A program made the translations under genes and the position numbers. A stretch of 64,000 nt of DNA, from the NCBI GenBank assembly GCA_016176605.1, contig JACOWW010000005.1, forward strand, positions 127 through 64,126, given 5' to 3'. The notes beneath the pieces were generated by a model. That model saw nothing but the letters and a program-made list of their open reading frames with translations. It had not been told where the DNA came from and did no database searches. Shown in pieces: positions 18,913-28,464 of the stretch (its first letter is position 1; every line of letters starts with the position of its first letter). Source of the stretch: Candidatus Saccharimonadota bacterium (GTDB taxonomy: Bacteria > Patescibacteriota > Saccharimonadia > Saccharimonadales > UBA10212).

Positions 18913-20694
18913 ATGGAACAAGAACGTAACGTCAAGGCCGTAAGGTTGGCCGTAAAACATTACTGGCAACAGGTCCTGCATGATTGGTATCTGGCAGGGC
19001 CAGCTTTGATATTGCCTGGCCTTGGCAATATCCTTGGTTTTTATGTACCGCCACTTATTGTCGCCAAAATTCTTGCTAACTACGCAGGTGGGATCCATCC
19101 GACCATAGGCAACCTTATCCCATATATAGCCTTATTTGCCGGACTATGGCTAGTGGGCGAAGCGTTGTGGCGGATAGCCCTGCTGCTGCTTAGCCGGACC
19201 GAAACCCGTGGCATGAAGCGTCTTTATATACAGGCTATGGAATATTTATTCGCTAAAGACCAGGCTTTCTTTAACAGCAATTTCGCCGGATCGCTGACAA
19301 AGAAAGCCATCGGTTTTGGCAGGCGTTACGAAGATATCATGGACACTATGGCTTTTTCTGTAACCTCCGCTTTAATTCCTATATTTTTTGCCGGTTTTAT
19401 TTTGTGGGGTTATTCTCCATGGCTAGTCGTCGCCTTGGTCGGTCTGCTTATTTTTGCCGGCCTTATTGCCGCACCGCTGATCCGGCGCCGGCAGAAACTG
19501 GTAACCAAAAGAGAAGCTGCCAGTAATGTCATGGCCGGTAATATTGCCGATACTATTGCCAATATGGCAACTGTGCGTTCATTCGCCCAGGAAAAATACG
19601 AAGCCAAAAGGCATCGCCTAAACGCCGAGGATTACATGTCCAAGACCCTAAAGGCTTGGGACTACAATACTCTGAGAATAGAAATGGTCCTTTCGCCGCT
19701 TTTTGTCTTTACTAACGCCGTCGGCCTTATTATTGCGCTGGCCTTAAGCGCTAATGGCTCTATTAATATTGAAGCTGTCTTCGTGTCGTTCAGCTACTTT
19801 GCCCAAATAAGCGGCGTAATGTGGAAATTTAACCAGATATACCGCAATGTTGAGTCAGCTATCACCGATGCAGCCCAGTTCACCGAACTGCTGATTGAAG
19901 CCCCGGCTGTGAACGATGTTGAGGACTCTAGCAATTTCAAGCCGCGCAAAGGCCTCGTTGAGTTCAAGGATGTGACCTTTCAGTATTCTGACAGTGCCGG
20001 TAAACACTTATTTCGGAATTTAAACCTGTCTATAAAAGAGGGCGAAAAGGTTGCTTTAGTCGGCCATTCAGGAGGCGGCAAGACTACCATAACGATGCTT
20101 TTGCTGCGTTTCATGGATATCGATAGCGGCCAAATCCTGATTGACGGCCAAGACATAGCCAAGACTAAACAACGCCAGTTGCGGGCGGCGATTGGTTATG
20201 TCCCGCAGGACCCGGCGCTTTTTCACCGAACTTTATCCGAAAACATCCGCTACGGCAGATTTGGAGCGCTTGAACAAGAAGTAGTGCGGGTTGCGAAGAT
20301 GGCTCACGCCCATGAATTTATAAAGGAGCTCCCTTACGGTTACGAAACTATGGTTGGCGAGCGCGGCGTTAAGCTTTCTGGCGGCCAAAGACAGCGGATA
20401 GCCATTGCCCGGGCCATGCTTAAAGACGCGCCTATTTTGGTGTTAGATGAGGCCACAAGTGCGCTTGACTCAGAAAGCGAGAAACTCATCCAGGCCGGCC
20501 TTTGGAAACTTATGGAAGGCCGGACAGCCATTGTCATCGCCCACCGTTTAAGCACCATCCAGCGTATGGATAGAATAGTAGTTTTGGAAGAAGGAAAAAT
20601 CGTCGAGGAAGGTTCGCATAAAGAACTACTGGAAAAAGACGGAGTCTACGCTAAACTGTGGGCCCACCAATCCGGCGGCTTCTTAGAAGACTAG
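18913..20694 (+). CDS. ABC exporter, fused permease-ATPase (MsbA / multidrug type)
   Basis: It has a six-TM N-domain, Walker A 'GHSGGGKTT', signature 'LSGGQRQR' and Walker B 'ILVLDEATS'. A TAGGAGG SD is present. Confidence 0.93.
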   Translation: MEQERNVKAVRLAVKHYWQQVLHDWYLAGPALILPGLGNILGFYVPPLIVAKILANYAGGIHPTIGNLIPYIALFAGLWLVGEALWRIALLLLSRTETRGMKRLYIQAMEYLFAKDQAFFNSNFAGSLTKKAIGFGRRYEDIMDTMAFSVTSALIPIFFAGFILWGYSPWLVVALVGLLIFAGLIAAPLIRRRQKLVTKREAASNVMAGNIADTIANMATVRSFAQEKYEAKRHRLNAEDYMSKTLKAWDYNTLRIEMVLSPLFVFTNAVGLIIALALSANGSINIEAVFVSFSYFAQISGVMWKFNQIYRNVESAITDAAQFTELLIEAPAVNDVEDSSNFKPRKGLVEFKDVTFQYSDSAGKHLFRNLNLSIKEGEKVALVGHSGGGKTTITMLLLRFMDIDSGQILIDGQDIAKTKQRQLRAAIGYVPQDPALFHRTLSENIRYGRFGALEQEVVRVAKMAHAHEFIKELPYGYETMVGERGVKLSGGQRQRIAIARAMLKDAPILVLDEATSALDSESEKLIQAGLWKLMEGRTAIVIAHRLSTIQRMDRIVVLEEGKIVEEGSHKELLEKDGVYAKLWAHQSGGFLED

Positions 20695-20702
20695 CGCTCG
20701 CA

Positions 20703-20801
20703 CCATTCAAAAAAGTGTGCGTTGCGCCGCCGGGTTGCCCGCCGCCCGCAGGTCCGGTCAACTCGGGTCTGCACTCCGCAGAAACACACTTTTTTGAATG
20801 G
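20703..20801. terminator. Long hairpin between convergent genes: 17-bp arms and a 65-nt GC-rich loop
   Basis: The arms are CCATTCAAAAAAGTGTG and CACACTTTTTTGAATGG. Confidence 0.5.
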
Positions 20802-20831
20802 AGCTCGCTTGTCAGCTAAATACTTAACAAA

Positions 20832-21284
20832 TTAAATATTTTTGTTGAGGGTGGAGTCGAAGAAATTTTGGCCAGACTTGATGGCTTCAAGATAATGGCT
20901 AACAACAGGAAAAATAGGACTCGGCAGTTTATTAAGCGGGAACCATTGCCAAAGCTCAACTTCGTCCAGGCCGCTATCGTCAGGCTCGCCACTTATCCAA
21001 TCCGCCACGAAACTAACGTCAACATAGTGATTGGGATAAAAGTCCGTAAAATTACAAACCGCCAAAAAGCGCGGTTTACTAATAACTATGCTTCTGCCAG
21101 CCTCTTCGTGGAATTCCCGCAAAGCTGCTTCCAGCAGTGATTCTCCCAGTTCTAAATGACCTCCCCCGGTTCCCCAAAATCCTCCGCCAAGATTTCCTTT
21201 TCGACGGTGCATAAGTACATGACTGCCATCTTTTATGACAATAATTCCTACCCCGACTTTCGGTAAGGAGGTTGAGCTTTTCAT
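20832..21284 (-). CDS. NUDIX hydrolase
   Basis: It has the Nudix box 'GGGHLELGESLLEAALREFHEEAG'. Confidence 0.85.
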   Translation of the reverse strand: MKSSTSLPKVGVGIIVIKDGSHVLMHRRKGNLGGGFWGTGGGHLELGESLLEAALREFHEEAGRSIVISKPRFLAVCNFTDFYPNHYVDVSFVADWISGEPDDSGLDEVELWQWFPLNKLPSPIFPVVSHYLEAIKSGQNFFDSTLNKNI

Positions 21285-21296
21285 AAGATATCTAGG

Positions 21297-22019
21297 CTAT
21301 TTTTCTTTTTGGGCTTCTTCAGAAGCGGTGGCTTCGACTTCACCACCTTCTGCGGGTTTGGCTTCGCCTTCAGCGACTTCTTCACCTTCAGCAACGGCAG
21401 CTTCGGCGGCTTGGGCCGCAGCGGCTTCGGCTTCCGCGGCTAGCTCTTCCTCAGATATCATAGCCTTGGTTTCAACGACCCGAGCAATGGGGTGCTCGGC
21501 ATCAGTCAAAATAGTTACACCATCTGGAACAACAAGGTCGGCGACCGTAATTTGATCGTTCAGTTCGGCCAGTTTGCCAGCGTCGACTTTCAACTCGTCA
21601 GGCAGGTCTTTAGGTAAAGCTTCAACTTCAACAGCATCGAGTTGGCGCAAGATCATCAGGCCAACTTTTTCGGCTGGTATTTCGCCCTCTAAGTGGACTG
21701 GTACTTCGGCTTCGACTTTTTCGTCACGGCGGATAGCTTGAAAAACCACATGATCCATGCGGCGTTTAGCTGGATGAAAATGCACATCTTTGATTAAAGC
21801 CAAGAATTTTTGGTCGCCCACATCTAAATTTAAGGGGTGGTGCTTGCCGGCTTCGCGATAAACTTTACCGAGTTCAAGTGCTGGCGCCATGACGTAAATA
21901 GATTCCTGTCCGTGGTTATGAATGACGGCCGGCACCATGCCTTGGGCGCGCAAAGACACCAGTTGTTTGCGGACAACCGTTCTTTGCTGCAACTGCAGTG
22001 GCGCATCTAAATCGGTCAA
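21297..22019 (-). CDS. rplY: Ribosomal protein bL25 (Ctc form) with an acidic Ala/Glu tail
   Basis: The L25/TL5 N- and C-domain pattern is present ('GMVPAVIHNHG...', 'LHLEGE'), followed by a long EA-rich C-terminus. Confidence 0.85.
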   Translation of the reverse strand: MTDLDAPLQLQQRTVVRKQLVSLRAQGMVPAVIHNHGQESIYVMAPALELGKVYREAGKHHPLNLDVGDQKFLALIKDVHFHPAKRRMDHVVFQAIRRDEKVEAEVPVHLEGEIPAEKVGLMILRQLDAVEVEALPKDLPDELKVDAGKLAELNDQITVADLVVPDGVTILTDAEHPIARVVETKAMISEEELAAEAEAAAAQAAEAAVAEGEEVAEGEAKPAEGGEVEATASEEAQKEK

Positions 22020-22112
22020 CTAATTTCTCCTTTGCCCGCCTAAACTTCTTCGAAGTTTTTGCGGATAAAATCCCAGGAATTATAACAGATGTTATCAGTA
22101 ATTTAAACTGTT

Positions 22113-22189
22113 ACCCAGCACCTAGTGCCCAGTTGCTTCGCAAGATTATCCGTCTATCTATGGGATAGTCTGGGACCTAGGTGCTGGGT
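22113..22189. repeat. Inverted-repeat element with arms ACCCAGCACCTAG / CTAGGTGCTGGGT
   Basis: It belongs to the same arm family as 1452-1531. The right arm abuts the -10 box (22190-22195) of dedA. Confidence 0.7.
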
Positions 22190-22203
22190 TACAATCAAAG
22201 CAA

Positions 22204-22860
22204 ATGTTTTTTGACAGCGAACAAATTATCCAAAGTGGAGGGTTGTTATTAATCGCTTTAATCGTTTTTGCCGAAAGTGGCCTGCTTTTCGGCTTTATAT
22301 TCCCCGGCGACACCCTGCTGCTGGCCGCCGGTTTTTTTGCCGGACAAGGTAAATTACCAATTGTCTGGCTGATAGTTGTCGTAGTAATTGCCGCCGTTCT
22401 TGGCGATAACGTCGGCTACCGTATCGGGCGCCGGCTTGGCCCCAAAGTTTTTAAGCGTAAAAACGGCCTGTTGTTTCGCCGCGAATATATTCAAAAAACG
22501 CAGGCCTTTTATGATCGCCACGGCGGGAAAACAATTGTTTTGGCGCGCTTTGTTGCCTACATTCGAACGTTCGCGCCAGTGGTTGCCGGCATGGGAAAGA
22601 TGCAATGGCAGTTGTTTGCTTTTTACAATTTTTTTGGCGGCTTGCTTTGGGGCATCGGGTTGCCAATGGTCGGTTATTTTATCGGCAGTTCATTCCCCAA
22701 CATTGACAAGTATTTTATCTGGTTTTTGATAATTTCCGCACACATTTTGTTGATAATTGCTCTTTGGCATATTTTTCGCAAGCCAGATACCCGCCGGAAG
22801 TTTGCCGCGATGATAAAAGAAGATTGGCACCATTACTTCAGTCGCAGCCGTAAAGACTAA
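22204..22860 (+). CDS. DedA family membrane protein
   Basis: It has 'FAESGLLFGFIFPGDTLLLAAG' and 'RFVAYIRTFAPVVAG' motifs. TACAAT lies 8 nt before the ATG. Confidence 0.88.
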   Translation: MFFDSEQIIQSGGLLLIALIVFAESGLLFGFIFPGDTLLLAAGFFAGQGKLPIVWLIVVVVIAAVLGDNVGYRIGRRLGPKVFKRKNGLLFRREYIQKTQAFYDRHGGKTIVLARFVAYIRTFAPVVAGMGKMQWQLFAFYNFFGGLLWGIGLPMVGYFIGSSFPNIDKYFIWFLIISAHILLIIALWHIFRKPDTRRKFAAMIKEDWHHYFSRSRKD

Positions 22861-23147
22861 TCAGATTTTTTTTGACCGTAAATCATCAAGTGGGCAATAG
22901 TACCAAAAATCAGTTTATCTTCTAAAGGTTGTATCTCCCTTTCGGCCAGCAGTTTCGTCTGTCTAAGCTCTTCTTTCAACGTAAACTTAACAGATTCTTT
23001 TAGCCGAATTAGGCTTTCCGGCGTTTGCTCTGGCAGCAAATCTAAGCGCCACTGCAGTTCCTGATCGCTAACCAAAGGATTATTCTGCTTTAATTGGGCA
23101 ATTTCCAAATCACAAACTAACCCAGTAGTACGCTCTATATTCAACAT
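22857..23147 (-). CDS. Hypothetical protein
   Basis: The 96-aa ORF is immediately downstream of uvrA (2-nt gap). It is predicted helical and shows no recognisable motif. Confidence 0.5.
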   Translation of the reverse strand: MLNIERTTGLVCDLEIAQLKQNNPLVSDQELQWRLDLLPEQTPESLIRLKESVKFTLKEELRQTKLLAEREIQPLEDKLIFGTIAHLMIYGQKKSD

Positions 23148-23149
23148 TT

Positions 23150-26041
23150 CTACCCAACTATTAACACTTTCTTTAAAAATTGTCCAGTATAACTGACTCT
23201 GTTTTTGGCGACCTTTTCGGGTGTGCCTTGCGCAATGATTCGGCCGCCCCCGTCGCCACCTTCTGGGCCCATATCTATAATATGGTCGGCCGATTTTATG
23301 ACGTCAAGGTTATGCTCGATAACAATCATGCTGTTGCCGGCATCAACCAGCGCCTGTAGCACATGCAGTAATTTATCAACATCGGCCATGTGCAGGCCGG
23401 TAGTCGGTTCATCCAGAATATATAACGTGCGGCCGGTTGGCCGGCGTGACAACTCAGTGGCCAGCTTTACACGTTGGGCTTCACCACCAGACAAAGTTGT
23501 GGCTGGTTGGCCGAGAGTTATATAACCCAGGCCGACATCGACCAATGTTTGCAGTTTGCGGGCAATGCTTGGAATATTGGCAAAAAATTCTAGGGCTTGT
23601 TCGCAGGTCATTTCTAACACGTCGCTGATGGTCTTGCCTTTATAATGAATCTCCAGGGCTTCGCGATTATAGCGCTTGCCGCGGCAAACTTCACAAGTTA
23701 CATAAACGTCCGGCAAAAAATGCATTTCGATTTTAATGACCCCATCGCCAGAGCAGTTTTCACAGCGTCCACCCTTAACATTGAAGCTGAAACGCCCTGG
23801 TCTGTAACCCCGAATTTTAGCTTCCGGCGACTGCGCAAAAAGTTCACGAATAGGAGTAAAAACGCCAGTATAGGTCGCCGGATTGGACCGCGGCGTACGG
23901 CCAATTGGCGATTGGTCAATAACAATAGCTTTGTCCAGTTGTTTAATGCCTTCTATGTCATCGTGCCGGCCGGGCACCGTTTGGGCGCGCATCAGGCGGG
24001 CCGAAAGTTCACGTGCTAAAATATCGTTTATTAAACTCGATTTGCCCGATCCACTAACTCCGCTAACCACTATCAGTTGACCCAATGGAATGTCAACGTT
24101 GATATTTTTAAGGTTATTTTCACGGGCGCCTTTAATAACCAGTTTTTTGCCGTTGGCCGGCCGGCGCTGGCTTGGCGTCTTAATCCTAAAGTCGCCTCGC
24201 AGGAACTGTGCGGTTACGCTATTTTTGGCTTTGGCTACTTGGATCGGAGTACCGGTGGCTACTATTTCGCCGCCGTGTATACCGGCGCCGGGGCCTATGT
24301 CTACCAAAAAGTCAGCGCTTCTAATGGTTTCTTCGTCATGTTCAACGACAATGACCGTGTTGCCAAGATCGCGCAGCCTTTCCAGTGTATTTAGCAAACG
24401 TTTGTTGTCGCGCTGGTGCAGGCCAATGCTCGGTTCGTCCAGTACGTAAAGCACGCCTTGCAACCCTGAACCTATTTGTGTTGCCAGACGTATACGCTGG
24501 GCTTCGCCGCCGGCTAGGCTAACGGCACTTCTTGCCAGAGCCAAATAATTAAGGCCGACGTCCTGCAAGAATTTCAGGCGGGCATTGATCTCTTTTAAAA
24601 TTTGATGGGCAATCTGGGTCTGGGTGCTATCCAATTTAACATTTTTAAAAAAATCAGCGGCTTTATCAATGTCCAGCTCACAAATATCCATAATGTTTTT
24701 GCCGACAACTGTAATTGCTAAAACTTCGGGCTTCAAGCGTTTGCCGCCGCAGACATGGCAGGGCCGCTCCTGCATGTATTTTTCAATGTCACGGCGGATA
24801 AAATCGCTTTCGGTTTCTTTGTGCCGGCGCTCGAGATTCGGGATAACTCCTTCATAAGTCGTATTAAACGAGCGGCCGATGCCTAGAGAAATTCGGTAAG
24901 TTTCGCTGCCGGTGCCATAAAGGATTTTATCAAGCTGCGGCTTAGTCAGTTCAGCAGTTGGCACATGCAAGCTAAAACGGTACCGCTCAGCCACGGCTTG
25001 GAGTTTTTTCATCCACCAGGCATCAGTGTTAATACGGTTAAAGGGCCGAATAGCGCCTTCGGCAATCGTCAGCCGGCCGTTAGGGATGACAAGTTCTGGA
25101 TCTACCTCGAGCCGGTTGCCCAGTCCCGTACAAACGGGGCAAGCGCCGTGCGGCGAGTTAAAACTAAAGGTCCGCGGTTCCAACTCCGGAATAGCCACAT
25201 CTGGGTGATCGACACAGGCATACTTCAACGAATAGTGAAACTCCTTGTGAAAGGTCCGTCCTTTCACAGCTTCCGTATAAATTAGGGTATTGCCATTAGC
25301 GTGAAAGGACGGACCTTTCACATCGTCGATGGCTAGAACGCTTAGCAAGCCGTCGGCCAAGTCCAATGCTTGTTCGACGCTCTGGGCTAGCCGTGTGCGG
25401 CTGGCTTCGTTATTGACCAAACGATCAACCACAATATCGATTTTATGTTTGAAGTTCTTGTCCAACTGCGGAAATTCATCAAGCGCGTAAATCACGCCAT
25501 CGACCCGGGCGCGGGCAAAGCCGGCGCGTTGGAATTGTTCGGGAATATGTTCGAAGGCGCCTTTTTTATCAATAACAATCGGCGCCAGCACAATAATTTT
25601 GGTATTCTTAGTCGCTTCAACTACCTGGTCTAAAATAGCGTTTGAGGTTTGACGGGTGACCGGCTGGCCACAGATAGGGCAGTGTGGGATACCAACGCGC
25701 GCAAAAAGCAGGCGTAGATAATCATAAATTTCGGTGACAGTTGCCACCGTACTGCGCGGGTTACGGCTGGTGGATTTTTGGTCGATGCTAATGGCTGGCG
25801 AAAGCCCATCAATCTGGTCGACATCGGGCTTTTCCATGATGCCTAAGAACTGGCGAGCATAAGCGCTGAGTGACTCCACGTAGCGACGTTGGCCTTCAGC
25901 GTAAATAGTATCAAAGGCCAAAGAAGATTTACCGGAGCCAGAAAGACCAGTTATAACCACCAACTTCTCGCGCGGAATCTCCAAGCTAATATTCTTGAGA
26001 TTATGTTCCCTCGCACCAACAACTTTAATCACATTACTCAT
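23150..26041 (-). CDS. uvrA: Excinuclease ABC subunit A
   Basis: It has two Walker A sites ('GLSGSGKSS', 'GVSGSGKSS'), two ABC signatures and zinc modules ('CPICGQ', 'CHVCGGKR', 'CENCSGDG...CEVCRGKR'). Confidence 0.97.
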   Translation of the reverse strand: MSNVIKVVGAREHNLKNISLEIPREKLVVITGLSGSGKSSLAFDTIYAEGQRRYVESLSAYARQFLGIMEKPDVDQIDGLSPAISIDQKSTSRNPRSTVATVTEIYDYLRLLFARVGIPHCPICGQPVTRQTSNAILDQVVEATKNTKIIVLAPIVIDKKGAFEHIPEQFQRAGFARARVDGVIYALDEFPQLDKNFKHKIDIVVDRLVNNEASRTRLAQSVEQALDLADGLLSVLAIDDVKGPSFHANGNTLIYTEAVKGRTFHKEFHYSLKYACVDHPDVAIPELEPRTFSFNSPHGACPVCTGLGNRLEVDPELVIPNGRLTIAEGAIRPFNRINTDAWWMKKLQAVAERYRFSLHVPTAELTKPQLDKILYGTGSETYRISLGIGRSFNTTYEGVIPNLERRHKETESDFIRRDIEKYMQERPCHVCGGKRLKPEVLAITVVGKNIMDICELDIDKAADFFKNVKLDSTQTQIAHQILKEINARLKFLQDVGLNYLALARSAVSLAGGEAQRIRLATQIGSGLQGVLYVLDEPSIGLHQRDNKRLLNTLERLRDLGNTVIVVEHDEETIRSADFLVDIGPGAGIHGGEIVATGTPIQVAKAKNSVTAQFLRGDFRIKTPSQRRPANGKKLVIKGARENNLKNINVDIPLGQLIVVSGVSGSGKSSLINDILARELSARLMRAQTVPGRHDDIEGIKQLDKAIVIDQSPIGRTPRSNPATYTGVFTPIRELFAQSPEAKIRGYRPGRFSFNVKGGRCENCSGDGVIKIEMHFLPDVYVTCEVCRGKRYNREALEIHYKGKTISDVLEMTCEQALEFFANIPSIARKLQTLVDVGLGYITLGQPATTLSGGEAQRVKLATELSRRPTGRTLYILDEPTTGLHMADVDKLLHVLQALVDAGNSMIVIEHNLDVIKSADHIIDMGPEGGDGGGRIIAQGTPEKVAKNRVSYTGQFLKKVLIVG
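25247..25321. repeat. 75-nt composite insertion in uvrA: two inverted copies of the 21-nt hairpin motif flanking 33 nt
   Basis: GTGAAAGGTCCGTCCTTTCAC lies at 25247-25267 and its complement form GTGAAAGGACGGACCTTTCAC at 25301-25321. The unit encodes '[25 protein letters not shown]'. Confidence 0.8.
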
Positions 26042-26131
26042 AAAACCAAGGGAGTGATTATACAGAATTTTTCGGTTTTTTTCCAGTGTTTGTCTTAATT
26101 AATTAAAATAAGCATTAGTAATATAAAGTAA

Positions 26132-26160
26132 TTGATTATTTTGCAATTTAGTTGTAGAAT
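26132..26160 (+). promoter_or_regulatory. Sigma-70-like promoter TTGATT-17-TAGAAT
   Basis: The -35 box is at 26132-26137 and the -10 box at 26155-26160, about 60 nt upstream of ORF 26222. Confidence 0.45.
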
Positions 26161-26221
26161 GTAATCAGATTAAAGGTTGGGCCGCCATCCGCCTTAGACG
26201 GATTGCGGCTGAAATGTAAAA

Positions 26222-26425
26222 ATGTTAGATTTTCTGTTAGTTCTAGGCCAGATTCCTGGCACAAATATTCAAATCTCTTTTTGGCAGCTAGTTTTTGGTA
26301 TCCTTGGAATCTGGTTGGCTATACGTTTGTGGCGCCGCCCGGCCTTGCGCCGTAAATATATTTACTGGTTTGGGTTAGTTTCATTTTATATTTATTTTCG
26401 CTATCGCCACTTACGCCAGCGGTAA
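26222..26425 (+). CDS. Hypothetical small membrane protein
   Basis: The 67-aa ORF has two hydrophobic helices and no SD. Confidence 0.4.
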   Translation: MLDFLLVLGQIPGTNIQISFWQLVFGILGIWLAIRLWRRPALRRKYIYWFGLVSFYIYFRYRHLRQR

Positions 26426-27835
26426 AATTGATTGGCCATACAATTTTAGCTCTTCCAGCAAGTATTTTTGTTCTTTATTAAGCCGTGGCTGTTTGCTTAG
26501 CTCTTCAATCCGCTTGAAGTACTTGGCGACCGGGCTGGCTTCGCCGCCGCCTTGCAAGCGCTTAGTTTTGAAAGTTTCCCACCACTTCTTTTGGGAACTT
26601 GATAAAACTTGCGGGAAATTGCGGGCTTTATATAGCGGCAGAATAAATTTTAGCCTGTCATCGGCAAAGCCGGGGTCAAAGTCGGCCAGCTCATCCGGGC
26701 CGGCCGCCCGCACGGCGCTCATCTTGGTTTTATCCAAGTCACTGACAAAGCCATCGTAAAGCTGTTCGTCAACTTTTTGCTCATCGACAACCAGTTCCGG
26801 CTGGCGCGCAGGATAAATAATTTCCAGCGCCGCGACTAAATTTTTAGCAAAGTCTTTGGCAGTTTTTAGTTTTTTGAAGTTTTTATCAACTTTGTTCTGG
26901 TCCAGCTGGAGGCGCTGGGTGCTGGCTTGATCTAAAACCGACAACGGCGCGACAGCCGGACATCTATTATATGACAGTAGTTTCACTGGAAAGTATGGCA
27001 CATCTTCTCCGCGTGCCGACCATTTGGCCGCCAATTCTGAAGGATCCAACTTTATAAATTCTGAAGGATCTATACGCAGGTCATACATCAACATCCCCCG
27101 CCCCTCCGGATGTGGTGCTATGGCTACAGCTACAGTCGTTTTTTGGTGTTCACTGGGGTAGCGGCCGCTGGTATAAACCAGCGGATCGCGCTTGTTAACC
27201 AAAACTTCAACCTTGGTTTTATCACGCAAATTAAGCAAATAATCAAACAACTTTGGCTGGCTGTTGTGGATCATCTGTGCCACAGCTACTAGGGTTTTAA
27301 CATCACTCAAGGCATCATGCGCGCCGTCGTGCTTTAGTTTATTCATGGAAGCCAGATATCCAAGCGCAACAGTTGCTTTACCGTCTGGCGCGAACGGCCA
27401 TTTAATACCTTCTGGCCGCAACGCCCGAGTCATCCGCGCCACATCCAGCAAGTCCCAGCGACTGCGGTTATTCTTCCATTGCCATTCGTAAGCATCGTAA
27501 AAATTGCGCCACAGTAGATGACGAATAAATTCGTCGTCAAAACGGATATTGTTGTAGCCGACAGTTATTGTATCTTTGGAAAATACTTGAGCGGTTAAGT
27601 ATTTTGCAAACTCAGTTTCGTTGACACCTTCGGCTTTAGTTTTTTGCGGCGTGATACCATGGACCAAAACGGCGTCCGGTTCGGGCAAAACGTCGTCCGT
27701 TAATTTAATTAGAATGTTGTCCGGCTGGCCGATTGGTTTTAAATTCATATCTGTACGTTGGCCGCCAAATTGCATAATCCGGTCAGCCCTTGAGTTAAAT
27801 CCGCTAGTCTCCAAATCGTAAAAATAAAAGGTCAT
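26411..27835 (-). CDS. sbcB: Exodeoxyribonuclease I
   Basis: It has the DEDDh N-terminus 'FYFYDLETSGFN' and 'HDALSDV', with an ExoI-length C-terminal SH3 and helical region. Confidence 0.88.
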   Translation of the reverse strand: MTFYFYDLETSGFNSRADRIMQFGGQRTDMNLKPIGQPDNILIKLTDDVLPEPDAVLVHGITPQKTKAEGVNETEFAKYLTAQVFSKDTITVGYNNIRFDDEFIRHLLWRNFYDAYEWQWKNNRSRWDLLDVARMTRALRPEGIKWPFAPDGKATVALGYLASMNKLKHDGAHDALSDVKTLVAVAQMIHNSQPKLFDYLLNLRDKTKVEVLVNKRDPLVYTSGRYPSEHQKTTVAVAIAPHPEGRGMLMYDLRIDPSEFIKLDPSELAAKWSARGEDVPYFPVKLLSYNRCPAVAPLSVLDQASTQRLQLDQNKVDKNFKKLKTAKDFAKNLVAALEIIYPARQPELVVDEQKVDEQLYDGFVSDLDKTKMSAVRAAGPDELADFDPGFADDRLKFILPLYKARNFPQVLSSSQKKWWETFKTKRLQGGGEASPVAKYFKRIEELSKQPRLNKEQKYLLEELKLYGQSILPLA

Positions 27836-27868
27836 CTCAACCCGCAGTCTATCTTATCAACCCCTAAT

Positions 27869-27900
27869 AACAAAATTCTGACATATGTTAGAATTTTGTT
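27869..27900 (+). promoter_or_regulatory. 32-bp near-perfect palindrome overlapping a TAGAAT -10 box; candidate autoregulatory operator
   Basis: The palindrome is AACAAAATTCT-GACATATGTT-AGAATTTTGTT. TAGAAT (27889-27894) lies 6 nt before ATG 27901. Confidence 0.5.
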
Positions 27901-28464
27901 ATGCAAACTAAAAAGGCAATTAATGCTGTGCTGCAACTACTGGGCGTAAGCGGACTGTCTGGTATAACGATCGCCGCGCCCAATGCTTTGCAGGCCTTTG
28001 ATATATTTCTTCGCAAAAATAGTAAAATCAAAATTTTTGATAATCAAAAAATATTTTACGAGCTAAAAAGGCAGGGCTTAGTTCACGTTAGCCAGTTTAG
28101 CAATGAGACAACTTTTACCCTTACACCGGCAGGCGTTTATCGCTTACAACGACACATCATTGAGGCACTAAAAATACCCCGGCCCAAAAAGTGGAATATG
28201 AGATGGCGACTGATAACTTATGACGTGCCCAACAAGCAATCACGCCAAAGAGCTTGTTTTACAGCACGACTAAGTTCGCTGGGATTTTACATGTTACAGC
28301 GAAGTGTCTGGGTACATCCCTTCCCTTGTTTTGATCAAGTGCAGCAGATAGCTAGCCATTTCAACGTGTTAAGATATTGCGTCTTTTTGGAAGTTTCCAA
28401 GATTGACAGGCATTCCGAGCAGCGCTTACTGCGCCGCTTTGAGCCGCTGCTTCCACGCCGCTAG
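27901..28464 (+). CDS. PaaX-like / wHTH regulator
   Basis: The central 'KWNMRWRLITYDVPNKQSRQRACFTARLSSLGFYMLQRSVWVHP' matches the PaaX-family core pattern. Confidence 0.55.
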   Translation: MQTKKAINAVLQLLGVSGLSGITIAAPNALQAFDIFLRKNSKIKIFDNQKIFYELKRQGLVHVSQFSNETTFTLTPAGVYRLQRHIIEALKIPRPKKWNMRWRLITYDVPNKQSRQRACFTARLSSLGFYMLQRSVWVHPFPCFDQVQQIASHFNVLRYCVFLEVSKIDRHSEQRLLRRFEPLLPRR

